Below are positions 11,262 to 20,479 of a stretch of 64,000 nt of DNA, piece after piece. The stretch comes from Candidatus Hydrogenedentota bacterium (GTDB lineage Bacteria; Hydrogenedentota; Hydrogenedentia; Hydrogenedentales; SLHB01), in the NCBI GenBank assembly GCA_963668025.2, contig CAXXTH010000012.1:1537-65536 (forward strand). The letters are read 5' to 3'. Each line of letters starts with the position of its first letter. Positions within the stretch are counted from its first letter, which is position 1. Position numbers and translations under genes: made by a program. Under the pieces are notes generated by a model. The model was not told where the DNA came from and did no database searches. It saw only the letters and a list, made by a program, of their open reading frames with translations.

Positions 11262-11978
11262 CTACGGCGCATAGGGCAGTGGATCGCGTTTGCCCACGGT
11301 ATCGAAGGCCTTCAGCCGCTCGACGCATGTCGGGCACGCGCCGCATGCATGTTCGCCGCCTCGGTAGCACGACCAGGTGTGGGCATAATCCACACCGAGT
11401 TGTATCCCGATATGCAGTATCTCCGCCTTTTTCGTAGATACGAACGGTGCGTGAACCGCCACGGCTTCCCGGCGGTTGAGGGCGAAGACGTGATTGAGGC
11501 GTTCGATGAACTCCGCCGTGCAGTCCCAATAGCCATATTCATCCGAAGCTTGCGCGCCATAAAACACATCGCGGATGCCTTGCGCTTCCGCACACGCGGC
11601 GGCGATGGACAACAGCATCATGTTGCGATTGGGCACATAGGTGGGCGGCTGATCGAGCTGCGCCGCATCAAGATCATCGAGAGCCGGTACGTCTTGCCCG
11701 CCCTCGATGAGGGCTGTCGCTCCTTGCAGCGCATCGCGCAAGAACGAAACATGGATGATCCTGTGGCTGGCTGCTCCCACCGCCGCCGCCTGCCACCGGG
11801 CGCATTCGAGTTCCCTCGCATGCCGCTGGCCGTAATCATAGCTGATGGCATGGACGGGCGACCGGCCCAAATTCCGCGCCACATAGTGCAACAGCGTCGT
11901 GGAATCCATGCCTCCGCTCAACAGCACCAATGCGGGAGAATGATTACAAGAAAGGTTTTCCAAAGGAGCAGTATTCAT
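11262..11978 (-). CDS. queC: 7-cyano-7-deazaguanine (preQ0) synthase
   Basis: PP-loop LVLLSGGMDSTT, then YDYGQRH, YVPNRNMMLLSIAA and the C-terminal zinc cluster WSCYRGGEHACGACPTCVERLKAF. Composition is GC-rich like the backbone. Confidence 0.9.
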   Translation of the reverse strand: MNTAPLENLSCNHSPALVLLSGGMDSTTLLHYVARNLGRSPVHAISYDYGQRHARELECARWQAAAVGAASHRIIHVSFLRDALQGATALIEGGQDVPALDDLDAAQLDQPPTYVPNRNMMLLSIAAACAEAQGIRDVFYGAQASDEYGYWDCTAEFIERLNHVFALNRREAVAVHAPFVSTKKAEILHIGIQLGVDYAHTWSCYRGGEHACGACPTCVERLKAFDTVGKRDPLPYAP

Positions 11979-12724
11979 TTTTTGGGAATTGCTTTTCGTG
12001 TTTTTATTAAGGTTGTTTCTCTTATTTTATTGAACTCGTCATTGCTTTCAAATACGGAATCAACAAGCCGATTGCATCCAGACGCAAGCCTGGCAAGCGC
12101 TTTAAGCTGTTCCTCGCATGCGATGCTTTCGGTTTTGTGTGGATAATTTATGGTATGGTCTACTTCACCCCACACTTCTTCCATTAAGGTTCGAACTTGA
12201 ATCTCACATGTATATCGGCTCGTGCTATTGGCCTGTACAACATAATGGACACTGGTATACATGGATGGGCTTTCCTGCACCGAAATACCCCAGGATTTAT
12301 ATTTGTCTTTTGTTTCATCATCCCATGAACGTACAAAAGGAGGTTCGAAAAAAAGATATTTTTCTTCTTCAATCGTTTGTTCAAGCGCTTGATGAATGTA
12401 GGGGAATTGCGTGGTGTGTAAATGAAGGAGGCGAATTCCTACTAGGTCATTGATTTTCTCGAAGAACGTGTCCGGTGTGATATCAAAGCTTTCACCCGAA
12501 TCCAGCGCTTTGAGGATTTTTCGCTTCAGCTTATCTCTGAGGTGGCCAGGCTCCTTGATTCGAAACTTCACTGAGTGTATATGGGCCATTAACTGCTTAT
12601 TATTCATGAGCGAATCATGGATGACCGACAAAAAGCGGCCAAGATCTTCTTTTTTCTTTACAAATATGTCAACGAGTTCATCGATGACTCTAGTTTGGGA
12701 TGCGCTTATCTGAGAGCCTGCCAT
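11975..12724 (-). CDS. Single-domain RelA/SpoT-family nucleotide pyrophosphokinase (small-alarmone-synthetase / toxSAS-like architecture)
   Basis: Synthetase motifs are present in order: FRIKEPGHLRDKLKRK, DLVGIRLL, YTSVHYV, EIQVRTLMEEVWGEVDH..NY. There is no HD hydrolase domain. The gene is AT-rich, and its stop overlaps the queC start (ATGA at 11975-11978). Confidence 0.85.
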   Translation of the reverse strand: MAGSQISASQTRVIDELVDIFVKKKEDLGRFLSVIHDSLMNNKQLMAHIHSVKFRIKEPGHLRDKLKRKILKALDSGESFDITPDTFFEKINDLVGIRLLHLHTTQFPYIHQALEQTIEEEKYLFFEPPFVRSWDDETKDKYKSWGISVQESPSMYTSVHYVVQANSTSRYTCEIQVRTLMEEVWGEVDHTINYPHKTESIACEEQLKALARLASGCNRLVDSVFESNDEFNKIRETTLIKTRKAIPKK

Positions 12725-12730
12725 CTCTCT

Positions 12731-13726
12731 CTATACCCTTCTAACCAGTGTTTCCGCAATGCCCCGAAACGTTGTCTTTGCCTGATCAAGCTGAGTTTTG
12801 TCCCCCTCGACTTTCCATAGCGGCAAACCTGCAAGTTGGGCCTTATTCGCAAGAGGAAATTCTTTAACATCACCGAGCTTGAAATCTTTCAAGGCGCCTC
12901 TTACTAGGGCCATATCAATATCTTGCAAACGCGTGACGACATCGCTGGAAATGCTTCTTTCCATTCTTGCCATCATATGACTGGAATTCCTGGCTGGCTT
13001 GTTGGCGTATACGCGAATCCTTTGCGGAATGTATCCTATGAATACCGGTTTTCCGGGTAACATTTCTACTCCGTCAGGAGCGAGTTTAACGAAGGTGTCC
13101 CAATCCGTTATCCATTTTGCTAGAGTATGCCCTAGTGTCTGCAACGCCCGTAGTGAAAACAAATCACATGCCATTGGAATAATAAAATAATCACAATCCA
13201 ACAAGACTACTTTCGTCAATGGCCCAATATTGGGGCCGGAATCATAGAAAACGTAATCCGCATTTCTGCTTCTAGCGGCTTCATTCACCACACGGCTCAA
13301 GGCGGATATGTTTTTGAAACCTCGGAGCTTTCGCCGAGCGCAATCTAACCAAGAATCATACAGATCCTCCTCGAAATTGGTGAGTTGAATATCTCCCGGC
13401 AGCAGAAAAACGCCTGCCTCTGAAAGCTCTATTGAAGGGATTCTTCGCACATCGCTTAAGCCATCGGTTAATGGTTTTACGCCAGACCAAAGCGTGGCTC
13501 CATTTACCCCGTCGCTCTCATCCAAGTACTTATCCACCACGGAGTCTTCTATGAAGTATGAAGTGAGATTACATTGAGGATCCGCATCCACTAGCAGCAC
13601 CTTCTTGCCAAGTTCGGCTAAGGCGCAAGCGATATTCGCCGTCAGCGTAGTCTTTCCAACGCCACCTTTATGATTAAAAATAGCGATACGTTTTGCGGGG
13701 AAACGTAGATTTGAGATATCACTCAT
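12731..13726 (-). CDS. ParA/MinD-superfamily ATPase with extended C-terminal region
   Basis: Deviant Walker A IFNHKGGVGKTTLT, then LLVDADPQCNLT and DYFIIPMACDLFSLRAL. Start taken at MSDISNL (13726), which overlaps the upstream gene by 8 nt. The ORF opens at 13840. Confidence 0.85.
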   Translation of the reverse strand: MSDISNLRFPAKRIAIFNHKGGVGKTTLTANIACALAELGKKVLLVDADPQCNLTSYFIEDSVVDKYLDESDGVNGATLWSGVKPLTDGLSDVRRIPSIELSEAGVFLLPGDIQLTNFEEDLYDSWLDCARRKLRGFKNISALSRVVNEAARSRNADYVFYDSGPNIGPLTKVVLLDCDYFIIPMACDLFSLRALQTLGHTLAKWITDWDTFVKLAPDGVEMLPGKPVFIGYIPQRIRVYANKPARNSSHMMARMERSISSDVVTRLQDIDMALVRGALKDFKLGDVKEFPLANKAQLAGLPLWKVEGDKTQLDQAKTTFRGIAETLVRRV

Positions 13727-14312
13727 TTGTTTTCCTGGATGCATTGCCTGTTTTTTTACGTAACGTTTTTCGAGGCCGCGCGTTTTGCATCGCAGCTTTT
13801 GCTGCATCTCTATCAGGGAGGGAGCGTACAAAAAGCTCACCCGCTGCGCTCAACTGCTTCTGGCCTTCTGGCGCTGCCACTAGATACCCCATTTTCATGG
13901 CATTATTCACAGAATTGGATGGATTAGAAAGTTTTTGCTGCGCCGCTTCCGTATTTAGCTCACTTATCTCGAATGTTTTGAAATAAGGAATATCCCGATA
14001 ATGGGTCAGATAGAAAGCAAGGCATGCCACTCTTTCCACATCAGTTTGGGGATTCTTATCGAGCAAGAATGATTTTGGCGATAATGTTCTCTCCATACTG
14101 AAATCGCCTCGAGGATTATCTTTGGCTATATACAATCCATTAGCGCGCACGGGCGCGTCTTTATCTGGCCCCGAATCTATTCCTAATAGTATGGAAACGC
14201 TTTTTAGCACCCGCTTTTGTTCCAGGTTCGAAAGGGAGGATAGTACATCATAGACTGTATCGTGTGCAGTTTTAATGCTATCACTGCCGGCGAACTCTGA
14301 ATTGGCTGACAT
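13719..14312 (-). CDS. Hypothetical protein (197 aa), possible winged-helix DNA-binding C-terminal half with basic tail
   Basis: Clean AT-rich ORF at the head of the cassette. The segment ...RVACLAFYLTHYRDIPYFKTFEISELNTEAAQQKLSNPSNSVNNAMKMGYLV... resembles wHTH proteins, and the tail is Lys/Arg-rich (PRKTLRKKTGNASRKTNE). I recognise no family. Confidence 0.6.
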   Translation of the reverse strand: MSANSEFAGSDSIKTAHDTVYDVLSSLSNLEQKRVLKSVSILLGIDSGPDKDAPVRANGLYIAKDNPRGDFSMERTLSPKSFLLDKNPQTDVERVACLAFYLTHYRDIPYFKTFEISELNTEAAQQKLSNPSNSVNNAMKMGYLVAAPEGQKQLSAAGELFVRSLPDRDAAKAAMQNARPRKTLRKKTGNASRKTNE

Positions 14313-14495
14313 ATCCGCACCCTCATTCCAGCGATATTTCTAGCCGATTACATCTCAACCGGCCTGGCTAAAAGACTAGCATATAATGAATAAGATATTC
14401 CAAAGCTTCCCTTTTACACGCTTGACAACCCTTTGTCAGCACATGGACAATGCGAGCCGTAAGTTTATTCGTAATGTCGGAAGGAATTGTTCCCA

Positions 14496-15266
14496 ATGGC
14501 ATCGCCGAAAATCGCCATTATTTTGTACACGGTGCGGGAAGCTGCAAAAACGGATCTTGCGGGTGCGCTCCAACGTGTGCGAGATATTGGCTTCGAGTAT
14601 GTGCAGTGGAGCGGCATGCCGTCCATGCCCGCCGAAGCGATACGCGAAGCCCTTGACGCCGCAGGCCTTCAGGCCATCGCGGCCCATTGCCCCATGGAGC
14701 CGTTCGAGCAGGATTTCGAGGGGCAGGTGGCGTATTGGAAAACGGCGGGTGTTCTGGATGTCGCACCGGGCGTGATGATGCAGGACTGCCGTGATAACCT
14801 TGCCGCATGGCTCCGTGGCGCGGAGCGCCTGGATGCGCTTGGTGAAAAGCTACGGAAAACGGGCATGCGGTTGTCGTACCACAACCACGCCTACGAATTC
14901 ACAAAATTTGATGGCGATGCCCGCTATCCCCTCGATATCCTCTTCGACGCCACCGCGCCTGAAAATCTGTATGCGGAACTGGATGTAGCGTGGGCCACCG
15001 CAGGCGGGGAAGACCCCGCTGCTTATATCCGCCGGTATGCGGGCCGTTGTCCGCTCGTTCATATGAAGGATCTGGCGGATGCACAAACACAGGAAGGAAA
15101 GCCTGTCTTTGTACCGCTTGGCGCGGGCCGGGTGGATTGGGATGCTGTGTTCAACGCCGTGAAAGAATCCGGTGTCGAGTGGTGCATATATGAGCAAGAC
15201 GATTGCCAAGGAGATGTTTTCGAGGCGATTCAAACGAGCTATGATTTCTTACGGAAAAACCTCTAG
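14496..15266 (+). CDS. Sugar phosphate isomerase/epimerase (xylose-isomerase-like TIM barrel)
   Basis: IAIILYTVRE..., LSYHNHAYEF, YAELDVAW and PLVHMKD are typical of the AP_endonuc_2 / xylose isomerase-like fold. It is a paralog of the next gene. Confidence 0.8.
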   Translation: MASPKIAIILYTVREAAKTDLAGALQRVRDIGFEYVQWSGMPSMPAEAIREALDAAGLQAIAAHCPMEPFEQDFEGQVAYWKTAGVLDVAPGVMMQDCRDNLAAWLRGAERLDALGEKLRKTGMRLSYHNHAYEFTKFDGDARYPLDILFDATAPENLYAELDVAWATAGGEDPAAYIRRYAGRCPLVHMKDLADAQTQEGKPVFVPLGAGRVDWDAVFNAVKESGVEWCIYEQDDCQGDVFEAIQTSYDFLRKNL

Positions 15267-15287
15267 CAACCAGCAAGGAGCCGAGAC

Positions 15288-16037
15288 ATGAGCGCATATC
15301 CTTTTGCCCTTCAACTGTATACGGTCCGAGATCATATGGAGGCCGATCCTGCGGGAACCTTGAAGCAAGTCAAGGCCGCCGGTTTTGACCATGTAGAACT
15401 CGCGGGAACGGCCGGTCTTGCCGTGGAGCAATTTAAAGCGCTTCTGGAGAGTGCGGGCCTTCAACCTTCGAGCGCCCATTACGGGATGGACGCCATCACC
15501 CAGCAAACCTCGCAAGTGATCGCGGACTGCAAGTGCTTCGGCCTTCGCCATGTGGTGATGCCATACGCCAACTTCCAAACTTCCGCGGAATGGGCCGATA
15601 TGGCCCGCAAGCTGGACACGGCGGGCGCGCAGTTACGCGATGCGGGCATCCGCCTCAGCTACCACAACCACGGCCATGAATTAGGCATGATCGACGGAAA
15701 AGTGATCCTCGACCTCATCCTCGAAACGGCCCAGCCGGAAAACCTGTGCGCCCAGCTTGATACATTCTGGATAAAATACGCGGGTGCGGAGCCTGTCGCG
15801 TATATTCAGAAATACGCGGGCCGGTGCCCCCTCATCCACATCAAGGATATGGACCCTTCAAGCAAGAAAGATAAACCGATCTTCGCGGATCTCGGCACAG
15901 GCACGATGGACTGGCCTCCCATTTTCGCCGCCGCAAAGGCTGCGGGCGTGGAATGGTACATTGTCGAAGAAGACACCTGCCCGCATGACAGCCTCGAAAG
16001 TGCGCGCACGGGCGCGGCGTTCATGTTGCAGCAATGA
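15288..16037 (+). CDS. Sugar phosphate isomerase/epimerase (xylose-isomerase-like TIM barrel)
   Basis: AAGGAG RBS. LQLYTVRD, LSYHNHGHEL, CAQLDTFW and PLIHIKDM parallel the upstream paralog. Confidence 0.85.
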   Translation: MSAYPFALQLYTVRDHMEADPAGTLKQVKAAGFDHVELAGTAGLAVEQFKALLESAGLQPSSAHYGMDAITQQTSQVIADCKCFGLRHVVMPYANFQTSAEWADMARKLDTAGAQLRDAGIRLSYHNHGHELGMIDGKVILDLILETAQPENLCAQLDTFWIKYAGAEPVAYIQKYAGRCPLIHIKDMDPSSKKDKPIFADLGTGTMDWPPIFAAAKAAGVEWYIVEEDTCPHDSLESARTGAAFMLQQ

Positions 16038-16069
16038 AGCGAATCGCCGCATAAGGGAACAAAAAAATG

Positions 16070-16119
16070 CGTAGCATGGCCGTCCCGGCCATGCGCATGG
16101 GCGGGACGCCCATGCTACG
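16070..16119. repeat. REP-like double-hairpin palindrome, copy 1
   Basis: CGTAGCATGGCCGTCCCGGCCATGCGCATGGGCGGGACGCCCATGCTACG. It contains two internal hairpins (CATGGCCG-TCC-CGGCCATG and CATGGGCG-GGA-CGCCCATG) inside an outer GTAG/CTAC stem. Related copies lie at 32594-32645 and 60407-60459. Confidence 0.7.
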
Positions 16120-16282
16120 GGATCTCACCAAATAGGTGAAATGGAGCATTCTTTGTATCCGGCGATCGAGGGCGATAAGCTCGCTTTACATATTCATGGT
16201 ATAATCACAATCATTGTTGGGGGGCTGGTCCGTGTCGAGAACCGGCCTCCTGTTGTGTTTATGGATAGGCGTCTAAAACACG

Positions 16283-19200
16283 ATGAAGAATCGGAGTTCC
16301 GCCAAGGGTTTGAGCAGTAACCGGCATGGCAAACGCCGCCGGTGGTGGTGGGGCATTGGCATCCTTTGTATACTTGCGCTGGTGTGCGTGGAGGTGGGCC
16401 AGCGCATTTTCGCTGGTGGACAAATCAAGCCTCTCTTGATGCGCGCTATCGAGAAGGAGACGGGCCTGCCGGTTTCCATCGGTTCGCTCCGGTTTCATCT
16501 GCTGCCGTATCCCCATGCCAGCGCGGAATCCATCGAGATAGGCCAGGGCGATTTTACGGCCAAAGCAAGGGAAGTCCGCGTCACGGTGCATGTGCCCAGC
16601 CTTGGCCATCGAGTCGTGGATATTCCCCATATCGAGATAGAAGGCCTTGAGGCTACCTTGCCTGCTTCTCCTGATGTGTTGGCTTCAAGCATCCAGGCCG
16701 TGGCGGACGCCAGTAAAAAAAACACTTCTCCCAAACCGCCCCGCTTCAAATCGCATGTGGATGAAATATACGCCCAGGATGCCATCATCCGTATGGCGGG
16801 ACAGGAAGAGCCTTTCGCCATATGCGCCCTTACGCTCACGGACATCCTTGAGCAAACCGCCACGGGTGTTTTAGAAGGCCAAGCGCCTGCCTGGGGAGAT
16901 AAAGCGTCGATTCACATACAGGCGCAATGGGAACGGCATCCCGGCGGCTCCCCAACCGCCACGGGCGTAATCACGGTCGCCCAAGCCGAAGCGCCGCGTT
17001 TCCTGGAGAATCCGAAAGCCCCCCACGTAACGCTTGATTTGAAGGCCGATGTGGCCGAGGCCACAAACACTCGAGTGGCGGCGGCCCTTTCGGGCCAAGT
17101 CTCGCCCGCTCCTGATGCGGACGCCAGTGTCCAGGCATTGGCAGGGGCATTCACGGCCATGGCGGGGTGGCAAGACAAGGCCATCATCGTGAACGGCTTG
17201 CAGTGGGACGCCCCCGGGGCGAACCTGCGGGCCGATTTCACCCGCTACCCCGGCGGGGCCATGGGTTTCCGCATTGACAGCGCGCACCTGAACGCCGCCG
17301 GACTCGCTCCACTACTGGCCATGGCCTCGACGGACAGCGTACGGCTCACACCGCAAGCGGAAGCATCCGCGGAGATAAGCAGTCTCTTGGTAGCGTCGCA
17401 AGATGGCCAGCCGCCCCGTTTAGTGAATGGTTCCGCCACGTTTCAAGGCATCGATTGGGGCTTGAAAAACGGAGCAACGGCCATCGCGGGCGTGCATGGC
17501 GAATTGGCCGTGCAAGACGGCGCATTCACGCTGAAGGAAGTTGGCGGCCCAGGCATCGTGGTTCGCGGCGCGGTCGTGCCTGATTTCCAGTCCGGCGCGG
17601 TGCGCCTGGATTTAGCCGCCGAGGCGGACCTGTCACGCGAACGACTCGCCTTGTTCGTTGAGCCCGGCTCTGTCAGTAACCTTTCCGGACGCCTTGCGGT
17701 TCAATCGTTGAAGGCCACGTTCACGCGCGGCCAGCAAGGGCTCCCCGCCGATCTGCATCTGCAAGGGCAGATCACCAAGGGGGAAATTGCACTCGTATCC
17801 AAATCTTACAACGATATACTGCGCAATGTGCAGCTCGATTTTTCAGGAGATGCAGGCCAGGTGCAGGCAAAGGGGGCATGGGCGTCCGAACAGTTAGGGC
17901 CGGTGCAAGCCAGCGGACAGTATGATCTGGCCAAACATGCGGGCCAAGGCGTCATCGACGCGGATATCAGCGGATTGAAACTTCCCATGGAATCGGATAG
18001 TGCAGGTGAGCGTGTGACGCGCGCATTGCTCAAAACGTATGGCCGCTCTTCCATGAATATCGCCGTACAAGGCGCTAAAAGCCAGGACTGGGCCATCGAA
18101 CTGTCCCGAAAAACCGAGCCCGCGCTGTCAGGCCGGTTGCATTTCGCCCAAGGACCAGCCGGGATGCGCCTTGCGGCGCTTCATGCGGAAGGAACCGTAC
18201 CGGTTGCCATATTGGCGTCCGTCTCACCCGATGCCGCCCGCTTCGATGGCGGTGCGCCGGTGGCTGTCGATATGGATGCGGGCGCAAGCCATTTTTCGGC
18301 CCAAGCGGACCTTTCGCCGTGCATGCTGGCGCTCGGCAAAACACTGGAAAAAGCGCCCGGTGCGCCGCTGCAAATAGCCATCGAAGGCGACGCGCCCGGC
18401 GTCCCCTGGAAACCAGCAACCCTCGCGGTTTCCCTCTCCGGCCAAACCGTACAAGGCCGTTTTGAACAAGGCCGCCTGATAGCGGATTCCATCGAGCTGG
18501 ATGCGGCGGCGCTTGCACCTTTTGTCACATCTAAGGAGCCGGTCGCTGCTACGGGGCGCATCACGGGCGCGTTCGCCACCACGCCCATTGAATTGGCCCT
18601 GGACCTGCATGATGTGGCGTTCAAGTATGGTGCGGGCGACGCCCAATCAGCCGCCGCGCCGCCTGCCCGCATTGACGCTTTAAACGGGCGCATTCAGTTT
18701 CAACAAGGGCGCTGGGCGCTCGAACAACTTGCCGTGCGTGCAGCGGATTCGGACTGCTTGATCAATGGGTCGGGCCAAGGCGCTGATTGGAGCGCCACGG
18801 TCTCTGGACAGCAGCTTAACGTCAATGCCGTAACAGAGCTTGTTGAATCCTTTCGCCGCACTAACGAGCCGGAAGACGAAACGGCGGAACAAGCGGCTCC
18901 CAAAAAGAAATACCATGGTATGATGGAGCTTAGCCTGGCGGAAGTGCGCTACCGCCGGGGCGTTTTTTCGGACGTAAGCGCCCATGTGGACATCACCCCC
19001 CAAGCCGTCCATATCGAGAACCTATCCGCCCGGCCATACCAAGGCGCCGTTACGGGCCTTGTAACGATTACCCGGGGGAAGCCGGATTGGTATGCGCTTG
19101 ATTTGAAAATGGAAGGCATTCAGTCTCGAATCATTGATGAAACGGCCTTTCTCGAACCACGTGATTTCCATGGCATTCTTAGCGGCCAGATACAAGCCAG

Positions 19201-19765
19201 CTTCCCCATCGGAGACGGAGTGATCCCGGAAAACCAGATGAGCGGCGCACTGTCATTCCAGGGCGAAAAAGGTTCATTTGGCAAATTGGGATTCGCCACC
19301 CAGCTTCTGACCGTACTGCGCGCCACCGAGATCGTGCAATTGCGCGCGCCCAGTCTGCGGGATAAGGGCCTCGAATATGATGCCTGCAAGGGGTCCGCAG
19401 TGATGAAAGATGGTGTTATCACCATCCAGGAAATGGACGCGAAAAATCCCACGCTTTACATGGCCGCTTCCGGCACACTGGATTACCCGCGCGGGCAAAG
19501 CCATGTCAATATCGATGTTACGCTGCTAGGCTCCGTGACGGGCATCATGGACGCCGTCGGCCTCAAGGGAGCCGCGGAGGACATCCGCAAGGCGTCGAGC
19601 ATGCGGCTCACGGCCACCGGCCCGCCCAAGGAGATGAAAGTCTCTCTTGTACCTGGCGGGCTGGCCGGCAATGTCGCCAGTGAAGTGACCGGTAAAACCC
19701 TTCAAACCATCGGCGGAATCAAAGACGCCGCAGGTGGAGTATTAAAAGGCGTTCTCGGAAAATAG
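16283..19765 (+). CDS. AsmA-family / TamB-like large envelope-biogenesis protein (1160 aa)
   Basis: N-terminal basic stretch plus a single TM (RRRWWWGIGILCILALV), followed by an AsmA-like start (IKPLLMRAIEKETGLPVSIGSLRF). The body is long and Ala/Gly-rich with a beta-type character. The AsmA-like C-terminal region reads GALSFQGEKGSFGKLGFATQLLTVL...GVITIQEMDAKNPTLYMAASGTLDYP. Confidence 0.7.
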   Translation: MKNRSSAKGLSSNRHGKRRRWWWGIGILCILALVCVEVGQRIFAGGQIKPLLMRAIEKETGLPVSIGSLRFHLLPYPHASAESIEIGQGDFTAKAREVRVTVHVPSLGHRVVDIPHIEIEGLEATLPASPDVLASSIQAVADASKKNTSPKPPRFKSHVDEIYAQDAIIRMAGQEEPFAICALTLTDILEQTATGVLEGQAPAWGDKASIHIQAQWERHPGGSPTATGVITVAQAEAPRFLENPKAPHVTLDLKADVAEATNTRVAAALSGQVSPAPDADASVQALAGAFTAMAGWQDKAIIVNGLQWDAPGANLRADFTRYPGGAMGFRIDSAHLNAAGLAPLLAMASTDSVRLTPQAEASAEISSLLVASQDGQPPRLVNGSATFQGIDWGLKNGATAIAGVHGELAVQDGAFTLKEVGGPGIVVRGAVVPDFQSGAVRLDLAAEADLSRERLALFVEPGSVSNLSGRLAVQSLKATFTRGQQGLPADLHLQGQITKGEIALVSKSYNDILRNVQLDFSGDAGQVQAKGAWASEQLGPVQASGQYDLAKHAGQGVIDADISGLKLPMESDSAGERVTRALLKTYGRSSMNIAVQGAKSQDWAIELSRKTEPALSGRLHFAQGPAGMRLAALHAEGTVPVAILASVSPDAARFDGGAPVAVDMDAGASHFSAQADLSPCMLALGKTLEKAPGAPLQIAIEGDAPGVPWKPATLAVSLSGQTVQGRFEQGRLIADSIELDAAALAPFVTSKEPVAATGRITGAFATTPIELALDLHDVAFKYGAGDAQSAAAPPARIDALNGRIQFQQGRWALEQLAVRAADSDCLINGSGQGADWSATVSGQQLNVNAVTELVESFRRTNEPEDETAEQAAPKKKYHGMMELSLAEVRYRRGVFSDVSAHVDITPQAVHIENLSARPYQGAVTGLVTITRGKPDWYALDLKMEGIQSRIIDETAFLEPRDFHGILSGQIQASFPIGDGVIPENQMSGALSFQGEKGSFGKLGFATQLLTVLRATEIVQLRAPSLRDKGLEYDACKGSAVMKDGVITIQEMDAKNPTLYMAASGTLDYPRGQSHVNIDVTLLGSVTGIMDAVGLKGAAEDIRKASSMRLTATGPPKEMKVSLVPGGLAGNVASEVTGKTLQTIGGIKDAAGGVLKGVLGK

Positions 19766-19772
19766 AGCAGCA

Positions 19773-19808
19773 TCGGGCGGGTTCAGCGGGGAAGCCGCAC
19801 CCGCCCGA
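19773..19808. terminator. Stem-loop between convergent genes (possible bidirectional terminator)
   Basis: TCGGGCGGGT (19773-19782) pairs with ACCCGCCCGA (19799-19808). There is no clear U-tract. Confidence 0.35.
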
Positions 19809-19817
19809 AGTGGGTTC

Positions 19818-20479
19818 TCACCACGAGTAATGAACCGTATATGTGATCGCCTTTTCCCCATCCGCCGGGATCTGTGCAGTGAACTCGATGGTATCCGCAT
19901 TCTTCTTGGCGAATTCATCGGAATGCATCATAATGTTCCAGGTGGGGCAGCGGTACATATGCTCGACCACCTTCACCTCGACGGGTTCGGTTTTGCGGTT
20001 CCGCACCTTGATCTCGAAGCTCTCATCAATCATATTGCCAGAATTGTTATGGTTGATTCGGTTGCGTTCCCCAACGATATCAAACGCATTGCCGGTGAAT
20101 ACCCGAAGCGTTTCGTTGACAGGCGTATGGTCAACCGTGTTTTCACCCGTCATCTCGAGCTTTCCATCAGAGTCTTGCCGATAGAAACGCACACGTCCGG
20201 CGGGCAAGGGTATGCCCAGATGGTTTTCTTGGGTGTTGGTGAATTCGTGTATCACCGCGACTTTAGTGGTTGACTCCAATCCAAAAGAATTATCCTGGAC
20301 GAAATTCCGCCACTCGGGACGGTTTCCATACCGCTGCCAATTGATCACCGCTCCATCATATTCATACATGCGCTTGGAGGCGATCCCATCCGCTCGGGTA
20401 AACTCCACCTGTTTCGTTTCCCGGTCGCGCAGGGTGACAGCCCGTTCGATGCTATATAAATGATATTCATCGAATTTCT
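19818..20479 (-). pseudogene. DUF4139-family protein, C-terminal part (gene split by IS66 insertion)
   Basis: After removing the IS and one target-duplication copy, it reads in frame with 22008..22871: ...GVTEKKF|DEYHLYSIERAVTLRD... Confidence 0.75.

Noticed and set aside
12731-14312. Reading the ParA-like ATPase plus the small upstream protein simply as a plasmid partition (parAB-like) locus that marks an integrated plasmid.
   Set aside because: I have not fully excluded this. However, the gene order is reversed relative to typical parA-parB/G, and there is no replication, integrase or conjugation gene nearby. The pair is also tightly coupled to the RelA/SpoT gene, so I kept it within the candidate-system finding with this as the stated alternative.
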